The position numbers and the translations under genes were made by a program. From assembly GCF_009914755.1 (NCBI RefSeq), contig NC_060934.1: a DNA stretch of 64,000 bases. One strand, given 5' to 3'. Positions 22,420 to 39,715 of this stretch are shown piece by piece. Positions within the stretch are counted from its first letter, which is position 1, and each line of letters begins with the position of its first letter. Under the pieces are notes generated by a model, which was not told the DNA's origin, did no database searches, and saw only the letters and a list, made by a program, of their open reading frames with translations. Source of the stretch: the human T2T-CHM13v2.0 reference genome, Homo sapiens.

Positions 22420-22650
22420 AGGGCGCCCATAAATCGCGGGTGTCAGGGCGAAAAACTCTCTTTATTGTCTGCGTGATGGATGGGCCCGGGGACGAGACAC
22501 CAAATACTTCGTATCGCCTTTAAATGGGAACACATTTTCCGCGGCCATAATTCATGTTTTTTAAATAGAAAGTTTGAAATGTTGCCTATATTTCACCAGC
22601 CCTGACATATTTATGAATCGCTCCCTGCATGCAAATATCATTACTTAAAG
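22420..22650. promoter_or_regulatory. Candidate PBX-HOX/MEIS/octamer enhancer
   Basis: CCATAAAT, TGTCAG, TGATGGATGG, TGACA, ATGCAAAT. Confidence 0.6.
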
Positions 22651-24589
22651 CGCCGGGGAGAGCGCGGGGGAGGGGAGGAGGCGCGGTTCCCGGGGCGTGG
22701 GGGTGGTGAACCGGGGAAATATCGGTGGAGGGGGGCCATCTCCCTAAAGGGCAGAGGGTGAGGTGCGGTGAATAGCCGTATCCGGAAACCGAGCGTGCCC
22801 CGGGCTTCTTTCCCGCCGCCAGACCCCGCACAGCCGCCCTGGGACGTTTTTCGAGGCTTGGGACCTAAGACGGGTCCCCGGACCCTGCTGGGAAACCAGG
22901 GGGCGTTTTTCGTCCCTCTCTGAGGCCATTATCCAAGCTGAAACCACCTTTTATAAGAAAAAAGTTTAAAGAAAAAAAATTTAACAAACACAAATAATAA
23001 TAATAACCCAACATGTTTCGCGTTCTTTGCCACTGCATCGATTTTATTGATTTTCATTCTGCAAACCTGGGAATGTGCGCGCTCGGGAGGGGAGGCTGTC
23101 AAAACCCAGTCATCGCGGGGACTGGATGGGGGACAATTCTCCGACGCCGCGGCCTGGACCCGCCCCCACCCAACCGGCGCACCACCTCCCAGGCACCACG
23201 GAGCCTGCGCAAGCTGCGGGGCCGTAAAGGAACCGGCCCCCAATCTCCGGGGCTTCAGTCCCGCCCCTCTCTCCCCCCAGTGCCCTGCAGCGCTCCCAGG
23301 GTCCGTGTCTGCCCTCCCCAAGCCCCCACTGTCAATACAATCCCTGTTAAAAAAAAAAAATCTTTTTAGAGCCAGGCACGTGCCGTCGGCCTCTCCCCTG
23401 CCCGCCTGGCCCAGGAGGCGCCCACACCTGCGCCCTCACTTGCCGAGACTTTTACCTGTGCAGTCCCCGGCGGCGCCTGCAGCCGCGCAGGTAACCGAGA
23501 AATGGAAGGGAGGGCTGGGGAGTGAGAAGGACAGAGAGCACCGCCCGACACAACCAGACGCGCGGACCCGGGGCCTCCTCTCTGGACCGGTGCTGGGGCC
23601 CTGGTAGAACCAGCTCCGGGAGCCGAAATTGAGCCATGAAGAGTGGGCCGAGGGAGGGGCGAGGGGAACGGGCCTCAGGAGGGAGGGGCGGGCCCGGCGG
23701 CACTTCCGTTGGGGGTGGGGCTGCGGGCTGCCGCGCCGGTCCCGCCCCTCCGCCGCGCGGGCCCGCCCGCTCCAGGCCAGGCTCCGCCCCCACCGACTCG
23801 GAGCTGGATCTCAGGCCACGGCGCCCCCCCAGTCGCGCCCCCAACCCCGGAGGCCTCGGGCTGAACCGGGTTTCGCAGGAGGGCACAGGGCGGCTCCCTT
23901 TTCCTCACCTGGGGGTACTCTCTTTTTAAGTCATAGGAACAGAAGCATCTGCAGACTAGGATCCCAGGCCCAAACTTGCACGTGAGATTTGTTGAAACTT
24001 AGGTCATTTGGTACTCCTGACACCTGCCTGGCCCAGGGGTCCTCACGCTCTCTCTGCGGATGTGATCAGCCGTCCTCTTGGACAGTGGGGAATATAGTCC
24101 GTGCTCATAGGGTCCCACCTATCTTTCAGGAAGAACAAAAGCAAAAACTAACACTTTTTGATTGTTCATTTTGTGCCAGGTGCCATTTAAAAATTTTGTA
24201 TGAATTATGTCCTCGCCCACAGCGACTCTCTGAGGTAGGTACCATGAATGCCCCATTTCATAGATAAAGAAATTGAGGCACAGAGAGAAGAAATCTGCCT
24301 TGCCTCACCCGCATCCCATCCTCATCCCTTCTTTCCTTCAGATCTGGGGCATGCCAACTCCTTACTCTGGGGGAGTATTGGAGGGAGAATTCTACTTTTC
24401 TGATGGGGGAGTACCAGCCTGTTAACCACAACCATTTGCAGCTGAAGCCAGTGCAGAGCAGGAGGGAGATCTGCACAGAGGAGAACAGTATAAATGGCAT
24501 GGGGTCATCTCAGCCCCTGGCCAGCTCCCAGCCTAATGGGAAAACCGGACCATTGAGCATTCCTTGCTGTTTCCCTGTAGTCCCAGCCC

Positions 24590-25035
24590 AAGCCAGCATG
24601 CTCTTTTTTTAAAAAGCAAATCCAACCATGTTTCTCTTCTGCTTAAAGGCATCCGGGTTCCCATTGTTCTTGAGAACAAGTTGAGCTTGCCTCCCCTGGC
24701 TGGCGGGTCTACACTGGCTCTGCCCCAGCTTGCCTTTCTGCCTTTGTCTGCCTCCACACCCCCTCACCTGGAACTCCTGCTACCCAAGGCTTCCTTTTAG
24801 TTCCTCAAATGTGCCATGCTACTCCCCACCTCAAGGGCTTTGCTCCTGCTTTTCTCTGTCTCTCTGGAATGACCTGTCCTTCTCTTCACCTGGCTTGCGC
24901 ATACTCTTCCTTCAGGTCTCAGCTCACACATCACTTTCCTGCATCCTCCCGCCTCCCATTACCCTCACTTATAATAGAATTTCCTGTTGAGAGTCTGTCC
25001 GCTTCACTGGATGGTAAACTCCCAGGGGGTAGGGA
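24590..25035. mobile_element. L2 LINE fragment
   Basis: CCTCAAGGGCTTTGCTCCTGCT...TCTGGAATG...TCCTTCAGGTCTCAGCTCA. Confidence 0.6.
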
Positions 25036-25669
25036 CTAGGGCCGTTCCTTCAAGGAACAAATGAAGAAGGAACATTTGTATAAACCACCAACTATGATGA
25101 ACGAATGAAACTGCCCTTTTTGGGGCCACCAGTAAGTATTCTCCATGGTCTCACATTCCAAGATGTTCTCAACTTAATGAGGGCGATGATACAAATCTCA
25201 TGAAAACATATGTTATTTTGAATGCCTTTATTGTAAATGTCAAATAAGGGGATGCTGGAGGAGGTTGGAGAAGAGGAATATGCATGGATTACAGCCATTT
25301 ATTCAGGGTTTCAAGATGCAAGATGTGTTGGTTGACACAATTTAATGGAAAACCATGCCACCCACGACCATCTCCCAGTGTTGGGCATGTATGTCTCAAG
25401 GCTCTAGCCTGCACCCCCTTTCCTCTTCCTTTCTTCACATATTATTGCTATCACAGTTCAGTTCTTACTAGTTTCTGACTTAACTGCTGCTACAAGAACC
25501 TTCTAATTGTTCTGCCCATCCTCCACCTCTCCTGCCTCTAATCCATCATACATACTCCTGCTGGGTTAATTTTCCTGACCACATCATTCCCTTACTCAAA
25601 ACTCTTCAGTGGCTCCCTATGATACAGTGTAACACTTGACTCTTCATAGCCCACTTCCAAACTACTTTT

Positions 25670-26510
<841 letters not shown>

Positions 26511-26719
26511 GCAGCTACTTACACGTCAGCCAAATTGAATTTCTTTGTTCTCCCCACATGCCCTGTGTTTTCCTTCTGTCTCCTCTCCTTGGAAAGCCCT
26601 TGTCTTCCACGCTTGTGTGTCTAACTTCCAATCCTGCAATGGTCAAATCTGATACCAGAATTTAGATATATTATCTGATATCCACCTCCCTCCACCTTCC
26701 TCATTTGAAAACTGTAGTA

Positions 26720-27180
26720 GTGTACCAGGCCCAGGCAGTGGTTTGCGATTGGCATAGGCCAATCATGACAATCTTGTTTTCATCTTTCCCTTGCATCCCT
26801 GTAGCTGGGTGGCCATGCAACCTATTTTGGCAAATGAGGAACAAGTGGAAGTACAGGGGTGGCAAAGCAGTAAGCGAGTGTTGAGAAGCACTCTATTTTC
26901 ATGATCAAAGGGGATGATGCCTATGGTTAGACCCTTCCCTTTCCCCTCCTTCCTTGCATGAGCTTGGACATAATATCTACAGCTGTAGTAGCCATCTTGT
27001 GACTATGAGGGAAAGTCCTAGAAAACAGAAGAAAGAAACTTAATCCTGATGTCATTGGGACACTGAGCCATCACCAACAATCCTCCTTCTCCAAAACTTT
27101 TATTTTGTTAGAAAAATCCCTATTCGTTTAAGCCAGTGAAATTGGGGATTTTTATAATTACAGACAGACATATTCTTCAC
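26720..27180. mobile_element. Old MLT1-type LTR fragment
   Basis: GTAGCTGGGTGGCCATGCAACC, GCCATCTTGTGACTATGAGG, TTTAAGCCAGTG. Confidence 0.5.
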
Positions 27181-27469
27181 CTTCTTTAACAAGAAATACC
27201 ACCCTCCGTCTCAAAAAACAAAAACAACAACAACAACAACAAAAAAACGAAATGCCATCACAGTGGTCCAAAACAGTTTTTAGAAACTTATATTAGAGAC
27301 TTGCCTTCAAGTATAGTTTTTGAAATAGCCTCAGAAGCAGGCAAACATTTTTATGGCATGGCTTTGGTATTTTAGAATGGCCAAAAGACACCTGGAGGCA
27401 AGTGTGGTAATACCTTTAACCTTCAGTGCTACAAGTAAAGTATTGCATGGTGGACATTTAATTTCTTCC

Positions 27470-27955
27470 TACTCATTTGGTTGCCTAACATCTGAATCCT
27501 CTTCCTTGTTGGAAAGCAGGGCCTGCGTCTGATTACTGAAGTGGGAGAGGCCACATCCTCCCTCTCTCTGCCCTCTAACCAATGGATGCTCCCTACCTGG
27601 GTCTCAGACTCAAGGGGTGAGCAGAGGATTGTGGTAGTTTGGAAACTCTTCTCAGTAGCAGCAGTGAGCCCAGTGCAATAGCATTGACTAGGAAGGGCAG
27701 AGAGGACAGTCACTGCCATGTGCACTGTGATCATGGCAGCCACTCAGGCAGTGGCCTAACTCGGCTGGTATGGTAGCATGGCCAGCCGCATTTCCATTTC
27801 CCAGCTGCTGACAGTTCCTGTCCATTTCCCAAGTCTAGGTCTCCAGTCTTCCCACTGATTCTGTGAACTTCCTGATATCCTTCTGATACATTCCTTTTCT
27901 GCTTAAGTTAATCAAAGCTAGTTCTGGTCACTCACAACCAACAACGTCAACTGAT
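27470..27955. mobile_element. ERVL LTR (LTR16/LTR33-like) remnant
   Basis: GTTGCCTAACATCTGAATCC start and ATTCCTTTTCTGCTTAAGTTA...CACAACCAA end. Confidence 0.4.
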
Positions 27956-28794
27956 TTGCCATAGCCTGGCTGTTCAGGTGGCTTCTAAACAGGTCCAATG
28001 GTGATTACTTCTTAGTTGTGTCTGTGGGTTCCTATGATGGGTACTTGTGTGGGACTCCAGCACCAAACAGCCTGGCTGAATACCAACCTAGCCAGGTAAC
28101 GACTTCAGCTGAAAAACTGATCAATGCAGTAAAGAGAAGCAGTCAGGTCAGCATTGAGTGAGAGAATCACACTTGGTTTTACTGAGTGCCTACTGTGTCC
28201 TGGACACAATTCTAGGTAGCTTACAACATTATCTTACCTCTTACCAAAGCCCGGTGAGAAAATGATTTTTATCTCCATCTGGTTTGAGAATGTACAGAAT
28301 TTTTTCCCTTCTAGCCCTTCCCTCCCACAAGCCTGGATGACACCCAATATGTCTGATGAAGGTGTCTAAGGCATCAAAGGACACTGTCAAGATCGACCGC
28401 CTTAGGAAACAATCAACTCTGCTTCTTCTTAGCAGAGCTTAAGAGCTTAAGAAACTGGTACCTTGGGGTGCTCAAAAATGTTTGTGGAATGCAATCAATG
28501 GCACAGAAACATCTCCAGGGGACATTTCCTTGGGAAAGTCATGGCCTGAAGCATTTGAGGTCTTGTGTGAGTATTGGGGGAGTACCAGGGAAGAGGTAGG
28601 TTTTCCCTACTCACTGCACTGCACTTTCCCAAACCTTGACCTTGGCCAATATGCTTCATGTCTCTGGGCTTAGTGTTTATTCTTCTTTTCTCTTCTTTTT
28701 CTGTCTCTATCCCTACTTTTTCCCTTCATTTCCCCTCACCTTTTCTGTTAATCAAGGCATTAATAAGGACACAAATGATGTCATCTTACTTTTA

Positions 28795-29132
<338 letters not shown>

Positions 29133-29972
29133 ATTAATATATAGGTTATATAAATAGATTTTTAAAGATTTGACTTTCTTAGTCCCCACCTTTGTAACTG
29201 AACATGCTGCCCCGCAGTGACTCCTACCAGCTCTTTGACCACATTCTCATATTCACAACGTTTTACTTGAACAGCCAAAGGCTTTATCATGTTCTCAGTC
29301 TCCCTGCCCTGCTGCTTCAGAAGAAAAGGGCGACCAGCCCCTTCAGCGGGGGTGGAGGTGTGCAGTGAGAAGTGGCAACAGTGGCCCAGGGAGCTGGCTG
29401 GTGTTGGGAGGGTGGGTCTGCCAGGCTGTGGCGGGGTGGGGGGGGGCAGGCACCACTGGACCTGCCACCAATGTGGCAGGATTGGGGGGATCTGGTGGGG
29501 ATCAGCTCTGACCACTAGCATCATCTTTGACCTCTTTCCCCCTTAATCATAATTAGCACCCAGACTGTGTTGACTGATTCTCCCTTTGAAATGGGAGATC
29601 CACAAGCATTTATGGAAGGAGCAAATGAGTTACTTCCTGCAGAACCCAGGTGTGAAAGGAGTTAGTAAACATGCCAGAATGAGGCCGGCAGTCACGGGAA
29701 CCAAATGTAGATTAACCCAAAATGTCACAAAGATAAAAAGTAGGGGAATAAGGGCTTTTTAGGAAGGATGGCATTCCATCTTCCCCGAAATGCTTCTGCC
29801 TCAAACTCAGTTCTCCTCAACACCCATCTGAAATCCTCCTACGGTAGCCTCCCCTAGTCCTACCTTCCCAAACACTGCTTTGATTGGATCCCACATTGCT
29901 CCAAACCCTCATGGACAATTCATTTTCTGCCAAAAAGCATTTCATGTGCCTTAGCTTCTCTCCTTCAATCCG

Positions 29973-30461
<489 letters not shown>

Positions 30462-30469
30462 TAGAACAT

Positions 30470-30710
30470 GGTGCTTCAGCATGTGGTGGTCTCTGGGGCA
30501 TGACTGCTTGGGTCTAAGGAACAGCAGTACCACACTTGCTAGATGTGTGACCTGGGGCAAGCTTCTTCACCTCTCTGAAGTTTCAGTTTCCTCTTCTGCC
30601 AAATGGATGTAATAATGATCTCTACTTCATATGGTCGATGGGTAAATTAAATGAGACAATGCATGTGCCTGGCACAGAGAGTGCTCAAAGTGGTCATTAT
30701 TATTATTATT
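30470..30710 (+). mobile_element. MIR SINE
   Basis: TGTGTGACCTGGGGCAAGCTTCTTCACCTCTCTGAAGTTTCAGTTTCCTC. Confidence 0.7.
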
Positions 30711-31019
30711 ATCCCGTGTTCTTTCTTACCTCTGAATCCTGGCGTGCTTGCTGTCTGTGCCACTCATCTGGCACTTAATTATCTACTAATTGATGATATA
30801 TTTTATTAGCTATTTAAATTCTTATTGTTTAGCTTTTTGTGTATATGTGTGTGTTTAACTTTCCAATTAGATCTTAAGCTCCTCCAGGGCTGAACCAGAT
30901 GCCTTCTTTATACTCTCAACACAGACTAGCAGAGAGCTAAGTAACAAGCAGGCACTAATTAATGAACACTTACTAAAATGGGTAATAAAACATTCAATGC
31001 CTGTATAGTTTTTTCACAA

Positions 31020-31130
31020 CCAGGATCTCCCTTAATCCTCGCAACAATCCTATAAGGCCTATATTGTTATCCCCATTTTACAGATGACGAAACTGAGGTT
31101 CACAGAGAGAGAGTCAGTTGCTCAAGTTCC
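31020..31130 (-). mobile_element. MIR SINE
   Basis: ATCCCCATTTTACAGATGACGAAACTGAGG. Confidence 0.7.
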
Positions 31131-33169
31131 AAAAGTAAGGGCTCTCTGTGGCCTCACAAGAGCTTCCTTCAGCTTTCAGAAATCCTGGCAATGCCTCCCT
31201 CTCATGCTCTAATGACCAAAACACACCTTCTCTGCTAACCCAGTTAAGCATCCCTGACACCTCTAACATTCTTTCCATGTGCTCATGGGAAGAGATGTTG
31301 AAGATATATCGTTAAATGGAAAAAGCTGGTTATGAAAGAGCAGGGGTGCACACAAACCCACAGCAAATACATATCACCTAGAAAGCTGGCTGCAAGGGAG
31401 TCTATGGGACCGCTGGTCGTCTTAGGGGGTGGGGTCGTGGGTGATTTTAACTTTTTCTTGCTCACCTGTAGTTTCTACTACAAACATTCATACTTTTAAC
31501 ATTGAGAAAAAAACAATACAAGTTTTGTTTGCTTACTTGTTTAACAGAGACAATGATGCAAGCCTCCTAGTTGCCTTTTACTAACAAATGCTCCTAGTGG
31601 AGGCAAGCTCTTCCCTCTCCCTTCCTCCCTCCTCACTCTGAGCCAGGTGGGCAGAGACCCATCGCTGGCACTTATTAGTCACAGGTTTGAAATGCAGGGG
31701 TGGGTTGGGGAGGTAGAAGTGATTGGTGTGGGGTGGGAATTTGGGGATTCTTTTATCCCTTGCATCTCAAAGGCTGACAGGCTCTTGAGGGGTGGAAATG
31801 ACTGGTAATTAGTGAACCTTCTCCAGAGTATACACGAAAGACACACTTCACAGTCTCCGTGACCTCTGCAGCCCGGTGAGGCTTTGTTATGTAGATGCTC
31901 TTAATTGGGTGAGTCACTTACTGCAAACAGCTTCAGGAGAGAGCGCTGTGGGCTGTTTCAGGGAGGCTTCCTACTAGGGCTTCTAACTCAGGAATTAGAG
32001 GGGTTGACAGCAATGGCCTCCAGGTAACTCCACTCCCACCCCCATAGAAATGAGAAGTGGTCCCCATGGTTAGAAGTCAACACAGCAAGCTTTTAGGGCA
32101 TCTTGAGTATGAAGAGTGTTAACTGATGGCCTTCATCCTCCTCCTCCTCCCACTCTCCATCTCCCTCTTCTTTCCAGTTTATTGATTATCCATTCTGGGC
32201 GAGGCTGGGAATATTTTGAGATATAAACTGGGTTCCCTTCATTCAAGGAACTGACCACCTAGTTGGGAAGTCAGGAACAGATATGCGTGGACATAACACC
32301 ACCAAAAAGCAGGCATCCATGTCAGGCCCAAGGAGATGCATTAAAATGACATTTCAGATCCTGGAGCAGTCACTGAAGGCTGGACCATCAGGGAAAGCCT
32401 GTCCACAGGGACAGCAGGACTTGGAAGGTGTTCTGGGGAGAGGGATTCCCGGGATTCAGAAACTTTACAAACAAAAGCATCTTCAGGTCACTGTCACACC
32501 CAGAGCTGTGGCCCCCAGCACCCTAAGCGTGGTGCAGACGTCAGAGACACAGAGTGCACTGTGGGAATGACTCATGGGTGCTCAGGCAGGCTGTTGGTCC
32601 TACAGAGTCCCATCTGCTGCTTTCCCCAGAGGAGGGCACAATGCATGAAGGCTTTCAAATGCATCATGTCCCAAACGGAACTTATCATGTGGTATTTTGG
32701 TGAATGACAGCATCTAAGCTCCTTCATCCTTTGCTCCCAAACAGGCATTACATTAAGGCAGTTGGGCGGCAATCTCTTTGCAACCATCCCCTCCTGTCCC
32801 CTTGCATCCCTATTGCTGCATTCTCTCTTCAGGCCCTCGCCACCCTTTCTAGGGGTAGGATACACTTGCAGGGTCTCTGCGGACATTTTCCTACTCTCCC
32901 CCTTCTCAGCCATCCTTTCCCAAACTGTCAGATTGATTGCTCTAAAATGCCGACGTGCTTAATTTTACTCCCATTGTCCTCAACGTGAGGCCTAGTCAGC
33001 TCTTTCCCATCTGGCCCTTGCCTGCCTCTTTTGCTGTCCAGATCGTCAAGGTCACCAATGACCCACAAATTGTTAAATCCAATGTTAATGCTCAGTCCTC
33101 CATTTACTTGGCCTTAACCAGCACTGGACGCAGTTGATCATGCCATCTTCCTTTCAGTCCTTCACATTG

Positions 33170-33900
33170 TATTTATTTATAACATTTTCAAACATATGAA
33201 AAAATAGGACAATGAATGCCCAGTACCCTTCACTTCAACTCACCACCTGGCAACACTTCGCCACATTGGTTCTCCCTCTCCTCCCCACCCTGCCACACAC
33301 AATTTTTGGGAACCATTTGAAAGCTGTGGGCATCTTGATGGCTACTCTTAATTTCTTCATGTCCTAAGGAAAAGGATATTCTATTATGAAACCACAAGAC
33401 AGCACAACGCAGAAAAGTAATGTTAATTCAATATCGTCAGTAATATTATCAAATAGTTCACATATAAATGTTCCCAGTTATCCCTATCATGTCTTTTTAG
33501 CTGTCCCTCTTCCAGTTCCAGTGTTCAATAAAGGAGCATGCATTTGACTTGGCTGTCATGTCTCCTTGGTCCATTTTTATCTAGAACAGTTCTCCCAGCC
33601 TTTTTGGTTTTTCATTATATTATTTTGGACAGTCTAGTGTTATTGTCTTATAAAACATTCCACTTTCTGGATTTGTCTGTTTCCTCACCCATGGATCCTG
33701 GTTAAACTTTTAATGGCAAGAACAGCATGCAGGTGGTATGTACTTCCCATTGAATCACATCAGAGGCCCATGATGTGAGGTCGTATCACCCTTGGAGATG
33801 CTGTCTGAGCTGTTGGTTAGGGTTGTGCCCCTTAGATCTCTCCACTGTAGAGGTACATTTTTCCCTTTGTAAATTCCCCTTTGTCTGTGGGGTGACACTT
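33170..33900 (-). mobile_element. Old L1M 3' fragment
   Basis: L1MC-like 3' UTR phrases ACATTTTCAAACATATGAAAA, CATTTGACTTGGCTGTCATGTCTC and TTTCCCTTTGTAA. Confidence 0.5.
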
Positions 33901-33909
33901 TGTGTCTAT

Positions 33910-34220
<311 letters not shown>

Positions 34221-34626
34221 TGTGAGGTGATACTTTGGAGGCCATGCAAATATCCTATTCATTCCATGCTTTCAACATCCCCTGGTGATCCTTGGCAACA
34301 TTGGTTATCACCTTGGGAACCCTGTCTTTTCTGATCACTTTCTTTTCTTGGCTCCCAGGCCCTAACTTGCCTTTGATTCTTCCTTTCCTCTCCAGTTGCT
34401 ACTTCTCAGTCTCTTTGTGATTCTTCCATTTTCTTTGACCTCTAACTGTTGGAGGGTTCTAGGGCTCAATCTTCAGATCTTTTTCATCCTGTCTTTTGGC
34501 TTTATATGCCACCTGAAAGCTGAAGACTCCCAAATTTCTAACTCTAGTCCAGATCTGTCTCTTAAATTCCACACTCATGTATCCAGTTTCCTTCTTGTCA
34601 TCTCCACTTACAAGCCTCAAAGTCAA

Positions 34627-34775
34627 GGCCAGGCACGTGGCTCAAGCCTGTAATCCCAGCACTTTGGGAGGCTGAGGCTGGAGGATCACTTGAGCTCAGG
34701 ATTTTGAGGTTACAGTAAGCTCTGATTGTACCACTGCACTCCAGCCTGGGCAACAGCGAGACCCTGTCTCTAAAA
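34627..34775 (+). mobile_element. Alu monomer (FAM/FRAM-like)
   Basis: Single ~150-nt arm running from GGCCAGGCACGTGGCTC directly to GAGACCCTGTCTCTAAAA. Confidence 0.8.
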
Positions 34776-34811
34776 CCCAGCCAACTAAAAATAAGCATCA
34801 AAATCAACTTA

Positions 34812-35153
<342 letters not shown>

Positions 35154-35179
35154 TCACCCTCTAATTTTCTCATCCATTG

Positions 35180-36331
<1,152 letters not shown>

Positions 36332-36341
36332 CAGAGCAATC

Positions 36342-36646
<305 letters not shown>

Positions 36647-36710
36647 AGCCAGAGCAGTCTTTACAAAATGTGAGTCAGATTAGGCCCATCCTCTGCTCAG
36701 GACCCCCGAT

Positions 36711-37113
<403 letters not shown>

Positions 37114-37230
37114 TCACTTACCATTACTCTCCCCCATCACTAACTCCAGCCCGACGTGCACTTGCTGCCTCAGGGCCTTTGCACTCGCTGTTCCTATTGC
37201 TAGGCACATTTTCCCCCTAGAAGTTCACTT

Positions 37231-37835
<605 letters not shown>

Positions 37836-38002
37836 AATAAATTTCTAGCACCTCAGTATAAGCTATAAATCCTCTCAGGTTTAAGGAAGTACTGGTACCT
37901 ATAATGTCTGCATTCTCTACTGGCCACTAGTAGCTATTTCAGTGAGACGGGAGACCAAGACATGCCTAGGAATGGGGTTCAGGGTTCAGACCATAGCTGT
38001 GA

Positions 38003-38368
<366 letters not shown>

Positions 38369-39224
38369 TGTTTGTGTGCTTTTGTGTGTCCACAAGATTC
38401 TGTGCCAGTGCAGACATGCATAAGGGCCAGCACTCCTTCTGCGTTTTTCCCTCTTCAAGAAAACCACAGATGCTTTATAGAGCTGTGGAACCTCTGTGTG
38501 TCCATGAATGACTCTGCTTCCAGCTGCTGCATCCCAAAGCCTTAGTCCACCTGTGATTTGGAGCTGAGGAGCAAATCAAAGCCAGGTGCAGCTGTACTGG
38601 AAGACTCTTCTTTCTGGTTGGAGTGACACTTTGTCCTTGGAAACAATCGAGTTCAAGTTCACCACTCAAGCATAAGCAAAGTGACTACATGAGACTAAGA
38701 GAATGTGTTTGCTATTCCCTCTGCAAACCCTTCTCCCAAGGCCTTCCCATGACTGGCTCCATCTCATGATTCTGACTTCAGCTCAAATGTCACTTGAGAG
38801 AGGCCTTCCCAGAACATTCCACAGCTGTCTGAGGCCATGCAGTTTGTGCATCACAATAGCATTGTGCAGAGGGGGTGAGTGGGGACAAAATCCAGCCTGT
38901 GATCCACTCCTCAAGGATTTCATAAGAAAAAGGCTTTGGAGGGCGAGCAAAGACCTTGGACACTGTGTCTAGGTTAGCACCCCCCATCTCCCATACCCTG
39001 TCTCACACTGTCCACTTTTGTCTTCATAGTATGGATGACTGCTATCTGAAATGAGGTATTTTGCCTACTTGAAATTATGTTTCAACTTGTTAGCTGTCTT
39101 CTCCCACCATAATGTAAGCCTCACAGGAGTAAGGACTGTATCTGTCTTGTTACTATTTGTCCTCCCAGTGTTCGACACATAGTAGGTGCTCAATAAATAT
39201 CTACTAGTGAGTGTATTCTCTTTC

Positions 39225-39715
<491 letters not shown>

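Larger units (their letters stand above)
15570..23000 (+). ncRNA. ZNF503-AS2: ZNF503 antisense RNA 2 (divergent/overlapping lncRNA; ends approximate)
   Basis: Locus knowledge plus plus-strand splice signals: donor CAGG|GTAAGA after 16311, acceptor at 17155, donor after 17401, acceptors at 21153 and 21304. Confidence 0.6.
12600..23900. promoter_or_regulatory. Large CpG-island domain covering ZNF503, its promoter and ZNF503-AS2
   Basis: Sustained high GC/CpG with short AT-rich interruptions; no Alu or L1 seen. Confidence 0.85.

Noticed and set aside
21490-22910. CTCF-like words at about 21491-21508 and 22892-22907
   Set aside because: Partial matches in very GC-rich DNA cannot be supported without PWM scoring or ChIP data
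37976-37988. GGTTCA-g-GGTTCA DR1 nuclear receptor match
   Set aside because: Single short match in a repeat-rich area, expected by chance in 64 kb
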